Notes: generated by a model not told the origin, from the letters alone. Positions 13,321-25,506 are shown, numbered from the stretch's first letter. The stretch: DNA of 45,191 bases from Octopus bimaculoides (GCF_001194135.2 NC_069003.1:3372449-3417639), one strand, 5' to 3'. Translations and numbers: made by a program.

Positions 13321-13681
13321 NNNNNNNNNNNNNNNNNNNNNNNNNNNNNNNNNNNNNNNNNNNNNNNNNNNNNNNNNNNNNNNNNNNNNNNNNNNNNNNN
13401 NNNNNNNNNNNNNNNNNNNNNNNNNNNNNNNNNNNNNNNNNNNNNNNNNNNNNNNNNNNNNNNNNNNNNNNNNNNNNNNNNNNNNNNNNNNNNNNNNNNN
13501 NNNNNNNNNNNNNNNNNNNNNNNNNNNNNNNNNNNNNNNNNNNNNNNNNNNNNNNNNNNNNNNNNNNNNNNNNNNNNNNNNNNNNNNNNNNNNNNNNNNN
13601 NNNNNNNNNNNNNNNNNNNNNNNNNNNNNNNNNNNNNNNNNNNNNNNNNNNNNNNNNNNNNNNNNNNNNNNNNNNNNNNNN

Positions 13682-13727
<46 letters not shown>

Positions 13728-14095
13728 GATATATATATACCTTTGAATATGGTAAAGAGGAAATTTGAATCGGTTTGCGGTTTCGTTCAATCTAGCTTTT
13801 AGACCATTTCTCCTAAACAAAGCGAAATGGAAATAAATGCCGTCCGGTTGCATGGTAAATGCTATTTGACATGTAATCGCAGCGTGTGTACTTTATGCAA
13901 TTAATATTCATATGTTCTGCAATCTACTGATCTGTTCACTCCACCAAAATATCGTTTGAACAGAATCGTTGTTCTGAAAATATAATTCCTGTTTATTTTA
14001 GACATGAATGACTTTGCTCACTTTTGTTGATTTCTCATTCCATTATAAATAAATAACATACGTGTGCATGTGTAGTCCTGGGTTCGTATTTATAC

Positions 14096-14129
<34 letters not shown>

Positions 14130-14883
14130 CTTTTTTCTTTCATTTTAACCCTTTACTTTAGTCATTAGACAACAGCCAAACTGTAGTACAACGGTTTAGC
14201 ATTTTTTCTAAAGTGTAGTAAGTCCCACATACGACAGTTTTACAAAAATATTTCTCACTGAAAATATCATACATGCATGGAATTAAGATTTTCTGCACCC
14301 AGCAAAGTATTATTGTTAAGCTGAAACTGCTGCTAATGTAAAAAGAAATGGAATGCTGAAACTATTTTTTCCTTTTCTGAAAAAGCAACGTTTTGGACTT
14401 ACGACACTTTTGCATTATAGCAATGATATATATGTAAAGGAAGAGGAAGAGAGAGAGAAAGGGGGGTTGAGAGTTGTATATATAAATATGCATGCGTTTG
14501 TGTGTGTGAGTGTGTGTGTATGATTAGGTGTATGTACTTTTTAAGTGCTTCTGTGTAATGCAAACGTTGAAAGCAGACGACACAATAAATATTTATAGAA
14601 CACGATCTATTTCTTGAATCACGAACTTTCTGTAAAGAAATCTAATCTAATTGTAAACACATACATACACGCATGCATGCATGTATGTATGTATGCGTGT
14701 ATGTATGTATGTATGTATGTATGTATGTATAAGTGTGTGTATGCATGTATTTGGGTGTATGTTTGTCAGTTATACGCTGAAAAACATATTCTCCTTTTTC
14801 CTTTTCTTCTTTATCTTGTTTTCCTCTTCTTTTATTTCTCTTCCTCTTCGTCTTCTGCATCTTCTAGTTATCCTTCATTTTCT

Positions 14884-14978
14884 TCTTCAGCTTCTTCTTC
14901 TTCTTCTTCTTCTTCTTCTTCTTCTTCTTCTTCTTCTTCTTCTTCTTCTTCTTCTTCTTCTTCTTCTTCTTCTTCTTC
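14884..14978. repeat. Long pure (CTT)n tract
   Basis: About 30 near-uninterrupted units. Confidence 0.95.
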
Positions 14979-17574
14979 ACCCCCACCTCCCCTCATTTTC
15001 TTTCTTATTTTCCTCCCTCCTCCTTCTGTCTTTCAGTTGTGAATTCCCTCTTACCACTTAAAAATCTCTTAATATGAAACAAAGCAAACATTTGCCAACC
15101 TTGATAGTTGTATGTACCAATACGTACATCACCAACCCCTGAATGATAAAATTCATTCATTCCTACTTCACCAAGTCACGAAATGGTATTATTTTATGTT
15201 CCTCGTGCTGTTAACCCTATCCTATGTACAGCACGACGCGTGTTCCGTTTTTAAGTGTCAAGACATATCTAGATATAGGTCTGCCATGTAAACGTACTAC
15301 GAGTCAACAAAGCATTTAACCAAACCACTGAGCCAGACATCTCACCATAAGCTGATATTACAATGTATAACACAAGGAAGTGCACAATTTACGGGAAGGG
15401 GCAACCTTTGGAACATCGTATTTCCGGCACACATCTTGTGCAGATGTTGAGCTCCGAGCTGTTCTGATGGGAGATACGTTGGTTAGGTAAAATATAAACT
15501 TGGAGCTCTTGATAAATGTCGAATACTTCAGAACAATCGTGGTTTGGTTCCCAATATCCTTTTCGTCCAATATATATTTTGATGCAAATATCATTTATTT
15601 ATTTGCTATATAACGATTCATATATTGTATGTAGGGCATTGTTGATACAGAGCGAAAGACGATAATATTGGTAACTGTAAGTCAAAAGGCCTATATTGTA
15701 CATATGTGATATGCGTTTTGCTTTACGATTTTCCACCTAGAGTTGGTGAATATATAAAGATAGGATGACAGCATCCAGGGGTTGAAGCGGTAAGACTAGC
15801 ACCACAAGTGACGCTTGTATTTAAGTTGTTCGCAATCTTTTTAATGCTCCGGCCAGATCCAAACCTGCTTTATTATTAGAGGACCGCACCATAAAAAGTA
15901 ATATACAAGTCAATTAAAAAAAGAGTTATATTTCAAGAGAGAAAACTGACGATGGCCACCGGAAGGATGCTTAAGGGCTGCATTTGGCTCTGGGCACTGC
16001 AGTTGGGTAGCGCTGCTCTGGATCGTTGCTAATCATAGATTGGCGGACAAGGCTAAGTTAGAGAAAGACAGCTTGTTTTCCAATGACAAAAACTGTAATC
16101 AAAGGTGTCCTTTAACTTTTTCAACTAGGGATACTAATCTATAGTTATGCGCCAATGATTAAGGGAACACGACGAACGAACACAGTTGGAAAGCTGCCAG
16201 AAAAAAGTTGAAAAATAGAAAGAAAATCCCAACTTAATCGGATGTTAAGAAGAATATTAGAAAGGTGTCCATAGAAGTTATAAAGGTTGCAGTACTTCAA
16301 ACGAGAAATGATTAATTAGCAGCTGCTTCTTTTCAAGAATCTTCCATCAATTCACAAACAATTAGGAAAACGTCAAAGGTAAAAACAGATTGAGGGATTG
16401 GATCCGATTATTTGGAGTATGCAAGAAATAAACTGTTGCTGAAAATAATTTTTCACTTCTTTGAAATTTTATACCTTAATTACCCATAAGAACTGCGCTT
16501 TTTTAAACCCATATCTTACCTGAGCTCCTCGCTCACGTTTCTGTCGGTACTAACCATTTACAGCAGATGGGTGCAGGGCAAATTCAGGTAGATCTATATG
16601 GAGGTATGAGGTGTCGAATTCAAACTCAGATATCTGATTTATTTTTTTACTTGTATCGTTTAGTTCCGTATGTCTTTTTTTTTCTACATATATATTTATT
16701 TTCATTCAAATATCATTTATTTATTCTTTATGTATTTATTTATAGAACATTTGTAGTTTCTTTGTCTGTCATATGAGCAACAAACAATACGTCTCATTAT
16801 ATTGCATAAATTTGTAACCATCGCTATGACATTTTCTCCAAAACCTTTTTGTGTATGATGACGTATTTATAGATGGCCCATTGTGAAAAAAGCTTCTAAT
16901 TGGTAATGTGGTCAGATGAAAATGAACTCTCACATAATGTAAAGTGGTGGTTGAAGATAAAAGCGGGGATGTTTGAGGGAAGATTCAGTGTATTGACAAT
17001 AGCAGTATGAATTGTCTATTCTTGAAGGTTTTTCAAGTCGGAAATTATTGTTAACTCTCAAAGGTCCATCATGTGTGAACTCTAGAGAGAACCAATACCG
17101 GTTTGGAATAGACTTTCAAAGTGTGGCAGTGTAAGAGCCGCCAGAAGTTTAACCAGTCTCAGATCCCCTGTGAAGAGAAAGCAGGAATGCATTCGTTTGT
17201 GTGTGTACAACATCGATTTGTGCGTTTATACCGAACAACGAAATGAATCCAGACATCAGTGGAGTCTAAATGAAATTCACTGCATACGTTTGGCAAATAC
17301 CGGTACAATTCGCGAAAGAAATCGTTTCGGTCACCGCTGAGAGATTTGAGGACAATCACAGGACAAGTACCCTAACAATTCTTTTCAAGTTATACTTGAA
17401 GAGGACGATAAGAATGGTGAGACGGCAGTTTCTAGCGTCTAATACACTTTTTGTTTGCATAGCACATTTGGTGACTCTAATAAATGACAGTCGAGTCTCC
17501 ACAGGGACCTTAAAAACGGACATGAATTTTGTGAGTACATGTGTTGTGCTCATGAAAGCAGATTTGGAAGGAGA

Positions 17575-17815
17575 GAGGTTTGAGTTTTACGATCTATACA
17601 CCATGGGGGGCAGCCCTTGTTGCTATGTGGTGTCTCGTGTCCCTGAACAATATTGAAATCTATGCCAACCGAAGCAATCTCCTAGTTGGAACTTCTTTGT
17701 TGAACACGTCAAAGGACAGAGAGCAGACTAAATTAAACTACCCGTTCCCGAGGTAAAAATGGGTTTGCGTAGGGCCAATGCCCCTACCTAGAAAAACAAC
17801 CCCAAAGTTACAGAA
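17575..17815 (+). mobile_element. Possible RTE-like LINE 5'UTR remnant
   Basis: GGGTTTGCGTAGGGCCAATGCCCCTACCTAGAAAAAC (~17761-17797) resembles the GGGTT.GGC..GGGC.AA..ACCC.AC....AAAAA motif found just upstream of RTE ORFs. No RT residues were recovered. Confidence 0.3.
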
Positions 17816-17819
17816 GTAT

Positions 17820-18070
17820 CGATGGCAATTGAAAACCAACAATACTCTCTCAGTTTCAGTGTTACCGAGGCTAAAGCTCCTACGAGAACTGAAATATCAT
17901 GATGTTGTTAGATTGTATTGATCACATTCATCGATCTTCAGGTCACTGTAGCTATTTATGTTTTCAATTTCTTTCATCACTCCACTTTGTTCTCTCGGAA
18001 TGGTAACATCAATAATCTGACATTCACGTCTAATTTTGTTGAGAACTACAAAAATCAGGTCCGTTATGTT
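17820..18070 (-). mobile_element. R4/Dong-type non-LTR retrotransposon remnant, restriction-like endonuclease (PD..D) domain
   Basis: With frameshifts: HNGPDF/VVLNKIRRECQIIDVTIP...MKEIENINSYSDLKI, then ISVLVGALASVTLKLREY. This matches the HNRPDIVV..K..C.IIDV.IP...KE.EK..KY.DL...V.VGALG pattern of REL-clade LINEs. Confidence 0.8.
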
Positions 18071-18111
18071 GCAACCCCAGTGTATGTTAGATCTCAATCA
18101 ATCCGCCACTC

Positions 18112-18226
18112 TCACCTTCTCTCTTCCTTTGTCTCTCATTGTCTTTCTCTCTCTCTCTCTCTCTCCCTGTCTTTCTCTCTCTCTCTCTCTCACTGTCTTT
18201 CTCTCTCTCTCTCTGTCTCTCTTTCA

Positions 18227-18278
<52 letters not shown>

Positions 18279-18336
18279 CATTTTCTCCTTCTCTCTCTAT
18301 GTTTCTCTCTCTCACTCTCTCTGTCTGTCTCCCCAT

Positions 18337-18382
<46 letters not shown>
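18112..18382. repeat. ~270-nt degenerate (CT)n polypyrimidine tract
   Basis: Directly visible. Confidence 0.95.
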
Positions 18383-18384
<2 letters not shown>

Positions 18385-18769
18385 GTGTCTCACTGTCAGA
18401 AGGAACACTTTCTGAAACCTGCTGCGGATTACCTTTCTGACACCTGAAAGACATCCTTTTTTTTTTTCATATTGTAACCCATGAATTTTCAGACAAAATT
18501 TTTTGCGTCTTCTTTTATACTCTTTCACGGTTAGTAGTTTGCTCTCGCTCGCTGTCACTGACACATTCGGCATTACTTCTGAAAGGTTAGATCATATTGT
18601 ACATCATGATGATACGCACACACACTCACGAGTCACCTCTGGCTAGTTTGGCCGGTTGGTTTGGTGAAAATCTGAGTGAAAATATGTCACTAACACACAA
18701 TCTAATCTACCTTTAGTATTCGAGTATTATATTTCCCGACTCTTTTAGTATTCTCGTTTGTTAGAGCAG

Positions 18770-18876
18770 TCGAATTTATTTCGGATATTATCATTTAAAA
18801 AATCATCTCCAGCTAATCGTTGAGAAGACATTTGTGTTGCCTTGACGGAGGTTTGCACTCTCTGAGTGCTCTTGTT
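18770..18876 (+). mobile_element. Helitron/Helentron-type 3' terminus
   Basis: GACGGAGGTTT-GCACTC-TCT-GAGTGC-TCTTGTT, with a 6-bp hairpin at 18855-18869. It resembles the GGCGGAGG..GCRCTCT..GAGTGC..CTAGTT end of non-autonomous rolling-circle elements. Confidence 0.5.
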
Positions 18877-19107
18877 ATCATTATTATTATTATTATTATC
18901 ATCATTATTATTATTATCTCTTTATCACAGGTTTTGCTCTTGGAGTCTTGCATGTGTAGCGGGCTTCCAGCCTACAGCGTACGGTAACATCCTATTAGTT
19001 CGTTTCAGTTATCTAAAACTTTCCTGATTGTTTTGGCCGTGCCAACGAGGCAAACCTTTTGTAACCGTTCTACTGGGCACATTGTTCCAATTTCCTTTAT
19101 ATTCCTC

Positions 19108-19109
<2 letters not shown>
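18874..19109 (-). mobile_element. 3' end of an R4/Dong-type LINE (C-terminus, 3'UTR, (TAA)n tail)
   Basis: Minus 19109-19005 translates to LRNIKEIGTMCPVERLQKVCLVGTAKTIRKVLDN*, matching the LQK..L.GTA.I.RKVL terminus. It is followed by a ~90-nt UTR and (AAT)n on the sense strand. Confidence 0.85.
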
Positions 19110-19168
<59 letters not shown>

Positions 19169-19563
19169 TTCAACATTTGATAGTTTCAGACAGATTTCCG
19201 CTGCATTACCTGCAACAACTCCGTGTTGCTGGGGTGTGTGTAGCATTGTGTCTTTTTTTTTGTGTTGTTGATGGGAGTGTGCCGACCCTTCTCGATGTCG
19301 TATTGCTTTAGCTTCTTTTCTTTCCTTTTTTTTTTCTTTTGACCTGCAGTGCAGTCTTTTGTTGTATGAGTGTTTGTATTGTTTATTGTGTGTGTAATTC
19401 GTTGGATATCTAACCTGCTGCTGGCAGTTTATTTCACTGGGTATTTGCTACAGGAAGTGTGTTTTACGTTTGTAGATTGTTTTGTTTCGGTGGTATTACT
19501 GAATTGATAGTGTCTTGTGCAGAATGCGGGCTATTCTGGAATTCGTTGTATTTATTATTATTA

Positions 19564-19627
<64 letters not shown>

Positions 19628-20510
19628 GATCATCATTATTAGGCACAGTGTGATAATTACGTGATGTTCTATGTCTTCAGAAAAAGATATATTTTGGAAC
19701 GATTATTCTGTGAGAATTACCTAACATTATTTATAGACGCTTGTAACGGTAATTTCTTGTACCTGCCTATTTCTTTCGTTACAGGTAACACGTTAGCATA
19801 ATTAAAGAAATGGTGGCTTATCATTCCCAATGCATCAATAACAAATAACCATTACAAATAAAAGAGATACATTACTTAATTGCTTTGTTTCTGCTGATCC
19901 TTAGAATTTCTGCTCTCTTTTATAAAACAATAAGATTATCTGCTAATGCTGGGTCAATTATTATAAATCACAGCTGTAATTGTCATGAGAGACGATTTCA
20001 GGTTTATTACACGATGTCAGATTTATTACATGTTATTCTGATGTCTTTCAGACTGAAACATTTGCTTGGCATTTTTAGGATAGTAAAGGTAGATGAAGAT
20101 TCATATACACCATATTTAACTAGTAGAGTGACCTTACTCGGAGGTTTTCAAACAGCATTTGACTGGTACTTTCTTCATCGAGCCCGAGAGGGAATAAACT
20201 AAAGTTGACCCCTGTCGGATATTGTATTTAGCATATGCTTGTTTATTCTGTATTTATGTTAGTCATTGAATTGGGGCATCTTTGGTTCAGAGTCTTGGAG
20301 AATTAGGCAAAAGAAAAAAAATCAACTTCTGGTGTTTATTTTAAGTTTGATATTCATTCAACGAGTTTCTTTTGCTGCTTAGAGCATCAAGTTACAAGGA
20401 CGTAAATTAACTAAGACAGGTTATACAATGGTGAGGAGACAAACGTAAAGACGTTTAGCAGCCTTTCTACAGTCTACTGACTGTGCTACCTTCCATAATT
20501 AATATAATTA

Positions 20511-20825
20511 TGGCGGCGAGTTGGATGAATCGTTGGCACGTTCGATAAACTGCTCTGTGGTATTTCGTCCGTCTTTTATCCTTTCGGGGTCGGTAAAATA
20601 AATACCAGGTGAACACCGTAGTCGTCGGCGTAATCGATTAGACCCTTCAACACCACTAACAAAAATTTAAAGTAAAACGTTTTTAGCGCAACACCCTCAA
20701 CAGCATTTCGTCCGTATTAAGGTTCTGCGCTCAAATTCTACCGCAGCCGACTTTGCCTTTCGACTTTTCGAGTCGATAAAATAAGTACCAATTGAATACT
20801 GAGATTGACGTAATCGACTTATTAT
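20511..20825 (+). mobile_element. Two partial SINE family 1 copies
   Basis: GGCGGCGAGTTGG...TCCTTTCGGGGTCGGTAAAATAA (20511-20650) and TCAAATTCTACCGCAGCCGACTTTGCC...GTCGATAAAATAAGTACC (20696-20825). Confidence 0.75.
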
Positions 20826-21355
20826 TCTTGAAAATGCTAGTCCTATCCTAAAATTTGACATCATTATTATTAATGTAATTGTCATTATATTTCAATAGCT
20901 TTATTGTTTGCTGACGCGAATATGTCGATTACGAGGCACTTGTTTTTTCCACTTGTCCTTGACATCAACATCTAAACGACTATTGTTTAAAGTATGCACT
21001 GAGAACAGTTAGAATATATATATATTTTTTTTTATTAAGATGGTTATAGCTTTATCCGGTTTCACAGTTTTCAAAAAGTTCAAATAGAAAGACGCGTTTG
21101 AAGCTTGCCCTATTTTGATAATCCATATTTTTATAGGGAGTTCATCGTTCAAATTAGTATATGTTTTGAATAGGATTTGATTGGTAGAGTATAATCACAT
21201 GACTCGTCATAGAAATTTTTGTATGTTCGCTGCTACGTCCGTGTGATTTTGAAGATCAGTCTAAATTGTGAAACCTGTTAAAATTTCAAATAAATTAATG
21301 AAAAATATCTTAACTACTCTCAGCGCATTTTCAACTTATTATTATTATTATATAT

Positions 21356-21395
<40 letters not shown>

Positions 21396-21454
21396 TGTAC
21401 ATGTGTGTGCCTGAAGCTTAATCGTGTTTGTCTGCATCACTATGACAATACACA

Positions 21455-21625
21455 TATGTGTACACGACAGGTTTCCGCATAGTTTACCCTGTGCCTAATT
21501 TCATCACGTGGAATTGATCGACCCGGATCTGTAGTAGAAGAATGTTTTGCAAGAGGCCGCGCAGCGGGACTCGAAACCAAAACCAGGTGATTGCCAAGCG
21601 AACTTCTCAGCCACAACCGCCATAC
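21455..21625 (-). mobile_element. tRNA-headed SINE (family 3, same type as 31300-31465)
   Basis: The B-box reads GGTTTCGAGTCCC on the minus strand, and the body is similar to the 31.3 kb copy. Confidence 0.6.
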
Positions 21626-21959
21626 TTCTATCTGTTGTCCATTATCTATTTCCTACAGAGTCGTATTTTACATTTTTCAGTCTAATCGTACAAGCCCCTT
21701 TAACGCGACGGTTCACAACCACGTTTTATTTATGGACCGCTTTAATTCCTATTTTGCTCAGTTCCACCCTCATAACAATTCAATGTTTAAAAAATCCTAT
21801 TATGGTTTCATAATAAAACATTATTTGTAATCGCATAAAAATGATCGTGAAAACATTTTGGGCTGTGAAGAAATATAACCAGTTTATTGCTCATAAGTTT
21901 TAACTGCAAAATCTCACATGGACCCAGCCAAGGCATATATGGACTGGTTGAAAATCCTA

Positions 21960-22375
21960 CATTAACATCTCGTGGCACTCCGTCGGTTATGACGACGAGG
22001 GTTCCAGTTGATCCAATCAACGGAACAGCCTACTCGTAAAATTAACGTGCTGGTAGTTGAGCACTCCACAGACATGTGTACCCCTTTGAAATACAGGTAC
22101 AGCAGAAACAGGAAGTGGAGAAGGTTTGCCACCACCCGCTGCCAGAGTCACGAGGAGCTTTAGGTGTTTTCGCTCAATAAACACTCACAACGCCCGGTCT
22201 GGGAATCGAATAAAGAAAGAGTGAGAGAAAAAGTGCAGCAGGGCTCGCCAACACCCCCTGCTGGAGCCACCTGGAGCTTTAAGTGACTTTGCTAAATAAA
22301 TATTTACAACGCCCGGTCTGGGAATCGAAACCGCGAAGCTACGACCACGAGTCCGCTGCGCCTCTACGCACATTA
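21960..22375 (-). mobile_element. Chimeric tRNA-headed SINE (family 4) with a duplicated 5' segment
   Basis: B-box GGTTTCGATTCCC on the minus strand. The 24-nt block ACAACGCCCGGTCTGGGAATCGAA occurs at 22187-22210 and 22306-22329. Confidence 0.75.
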
Positions 22376-22659
22376 GCGTCTAATTGTGAATAGTTATTAC
22401 TTTTCTTTTTCCATTTAGCTTTGTTTAAAGAATTAATCTAATACGTTTGTAATATTCTTTTCGCAATTTTCAGGTCATTTGCGTGTCTTGTATTGCTTCT
22501 GAGAGTATTGATTCCTGAGTGTTTCGATTCCTATATTTGGTTCGCTTATTTTGTCTTTAATTATTTATCTATCATGACTTTAGGTCTTTTTTTTATTAAT
22601 TAATATTCATATCTTTAAGCTTGCCCTAACGCAGTTTTTGAACTCCAAATTGAATATAA

Positions 22660-22702
22660 GCTTATCATCATCATCATCATCATCGTTATCATCGTCACCA
22701 TT

Positions 22703-22742
<40 letters not shown>

Positions 22743-22748
22743 TCATCG

Positions 22749-22812
<64 letters not shown>
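22660..22812. repeat. (CAT)n/(CGT)n/(CAT)n compound microsatellite running into a gap
   Basis: Directly visible. Confidence 0.95.
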
Positions 22813-23149
22813 NNNNNNNNNNNNNNNNNNNNNNNNNNNNNNNNNNNNNNNNNNNNNNNNNNNNNNNNNNNNNNNNNNNNNNNNNNNNNNNNNNNNNNNN
22901 NNNNNNNNNNNNNNNNNNNNNNNNNNNNNNNNNNNNNNNNNNNNNNNNNNNNNNNNNNNNNNNNNNNNNNNNNNNNNNNNNNNNNNNNNNNNNNNNNNNN
23001 NNNNNNNNNNNNNNNNNNNNNNNNNNNNNNNNNNNNNNNNNNNNNNNNNNNNNNNNNNNNNNNNNNNNNNNNNNNNNNNNNNNNNNNNNNNNNNNNNNNN
23101 NNNNNNNNNNNNNNNNNNNNNNNNNNNNNNNNNNNNNNNNNNNNNNNNN

Positions 23150-23469
23150 AACTCAGAACATGAAGACAGACGAAATATCGCTAAGCATTTCGCCCGGCGT
23201 GCCAACGTTTCTGCCAGTTCACTTTAAAGCAAAAGCGAATGTTTTTTTTTCTTTATTTTTCGCAGGAGGCTTGTCATAGAGGGGACAAACAAGGACAGAC
23301 AAAGGGACTAAGTCGATTACATCGACCTCAGCGCATAACTGGTACTTATTTAATCGACCCCGAAAGGATGAAATGCAAAGTCGACCTCGGCGGAATTTGA
23401 ACTCAGAAGGCAACGGCAGACGAAGTGCTAACCTTTCTGCCAGCTCGCCACCTTAAAGCAAAAGCGAAT
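23150..23469 (-). mobile_element. Two SINE family 1 copies; the second is flanked by a 17-bp direct repeat
   Basis: TTAAAGCAAAAGCGAAT occurs at 23224-23240 and 23453-23469. A near-full-length body lies at 23241-23454. Confidence 0.85.
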
Positions 23470-23577
23470 TTTAACAACACCGAGCGAACAAACAAATTAG
23501 ATTTTACGAAGGCAGAAACAACAATCACAGAACTTAAAATGTAAAAAAAGGAATAGCAGTAAGCGTTTTTATTCGAC

Positions 23578-23903
23578 TTTTAGTGGTTAGAGCGTTGGAC
23601 TCACAATCATGAGGTAGTGAGTTCGATTCCCGGACCGGGCTGCATGTTGTCTTCTTGCGCAAGACACTTTATTTCACGTTGCTCCACTTCACTTATCTGT
23701 AGAAATGATTTGCGACGTCGTAGGTGCCAAGCTGTTTCGGCCCCTTTGCTTTTCTCTTTGGATGAACACCGGTGGCGTGAGGAGGAGTGGCCGGTATGCA
23801 TAGGTCTTCCATAAACAACTTCGTTCGGACTTGTGCCTTGCAGGAGATCTTTCTAGGTGCAATCCGATCATGATTTATGACCGCCTCGGTCATAAATCAC
23901 GAT
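23578..23903 (+). mobile_element. Near full-length tRNA-headed CORE-type SINE (family 2)
   Basis: A-box-like TAGTGGTTAGAGCG, B-box GAGTTCGATTCCC, then TCTTCTTGCGCAAGACACTTTATTTC resembling the CORE domain (CCTTGGGCAAGTCACTT). CORE-SINEs are known from octopus. Confidence 0.8.
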
Positions 23904-25118
23904 GGTAGTGGTGGTGGTGGGTCATTTCGGTATTTATACTGACCATAAGATGTGTATGGTTACCTCATTGATGTTTTAGTCAGTGTGTTAGACTGACGTA
24001 CTTCCAGCATCTAGATAGACCTGTCATATATCATGCGTCACCGAAACAAAAGACTTCCTGAAATTGATGCATGTCGCATGGTAGGGTCCTTACATTTACG
24101 TTGGCTTCATCTTGCGCAATTTACTTAACGGTGTAATTAGTTGATTGCTCTTCAGGACATCGATATACACTTCTGACTACACAATTTACATTTTTCTTTT
24201 CCCTCTTCGGCATATGTTAAAGGAAACAGTTAGATCGCAAGTTTCACTACAGTTTATAGATTCATGACAGACAAATGATTGGGTACTGCCAGGTTATGGT
24301 TAGTTTCAAAGTCATTTTAAGGATTTACAGGCCTTTTTCTACCCAAGATCATTACTCACAGCTGCACGCCTCCATACAGGCTCCTGATCAGAACTATTCA
24401 AGAGAGCAGTTATCGAATTCTTCAGTATGTTCAGCAACATTTTCTAAGTAGTGGTTGTTGTCACATCAATGCCAAAACATTTTCATTTTTTAAATCTCTA
24501 TACAGCAATCTGTAAATCAGATAGTGTAATGTTTGAAAAGATCCCTTTTTAAATATATTTCCCCCTAAATTCTATTGTTACTACATTTTCCTCTTCAGCC
24601 AGTTATTTATTATTATTACATTTTTTTCTTTTCGTGCTATTTAGATCCTCGATCAAAAAATGTTTTTTCCGAAATGTATTTAACGTTAATTTAGTTCTTA
24701 TCTTATCAAATTCTATGTTATTAACACTTATTGATCTATAAATTTTTGCGCATTGCTTTCAGCAGCGCAGTTTTAAGAGTACCATAAAACCTGAATGTTC
24801 CAGCGTTTCAATGTATTATGTAAGCGGTTAATTTTCGGTTAAGCATTCGAGTGTTTGTAACAAAGCATTATCCTTGTCCATATTGTGTTTATTCGACACA
24901 CAGTACGTATATTTGCTAATGTTACTAGAATGGTTGTATATTGTCGTTTGCGTTATTTTACTTGGTTCACTGCGTAAAACCACTATTATATAATTCAATT
25001 TCCTTTTCCACTTGTCCATTCCATAATGGTACCGTCCCTCTGTATTTTGTAAAGATGCATTATTTATTTAATCCCGTACAGTCCATTGTTGTGAATATCC
25101 AAGCGTAAAGGAAATAAT

Positions 25119-25358
25119 TTAATTGGATAATAGAACTCGGGTATCATAACGTTGTGATTTGTTATTTTCAATTTGTTTACAACTGATAACGTCTATTAAT
25201 CTATGTTGGTCTTCAAGAGAGGATCCATTAAACATATGACTTGAATTCATGGGAGCCACTTCAGCTTGTACAAAGCATTTTAGCAAACTGTTGACACACA
25301 TGTCACTGCCTTCAGTTTGGCTTGGTTGCAATAGAATGTTGTTGAAATCTCGCTGCAT
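25119..25358 (-). CDS. Candidate terminal coding exon, 79 aa, unknown product
   Basis: Acceptor TTTAAGTTCCCACTTCAG directly precedes ATG. The frame MQRDFNNILLQPSQ...YDTRVLLSN* is open and non-repetitive, with AATAAA on the minus strand at 25068-25063. No homology was recognised. Confidence 0.25.
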   Translation of the reverse strand: MQRDFNNILLQPSQTEGSDMCVNSLLKCFVQAEVAPMNSSHMFNGSSLEDQHRLIDVISCKQIENNKSQRYDTRVLLSN

Positions 25359-25459
25359 CTGAAGTGGGAACTTAAAGCATACACGGAATGTAATAATGTC
25401 TATACTATAAACATTACTGTTTCTATGTATATCCATAAAAATAATGTTATTACCACAAT

Positions 25460-25471
25460 TATTATTATTAT

Positions 25472-25506
<35 letters not shown>

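Noticed and set aside
17270-17656. 128-aa ORF
   Set aside because: No recognisable homology; it lies in a probable decayed LINE-derived region.
23578-23640. tRNA-like sequence with A/B boxes
   Set aside because: It is a SINE head that continues into the CORE-like body and does not close a cloverleaf.
23912-23975. Minus-strand ATGAGG...CCGAAA hammerhead-like spacing
   Set aside because: The core is incomplete and there is no stem I pairing.
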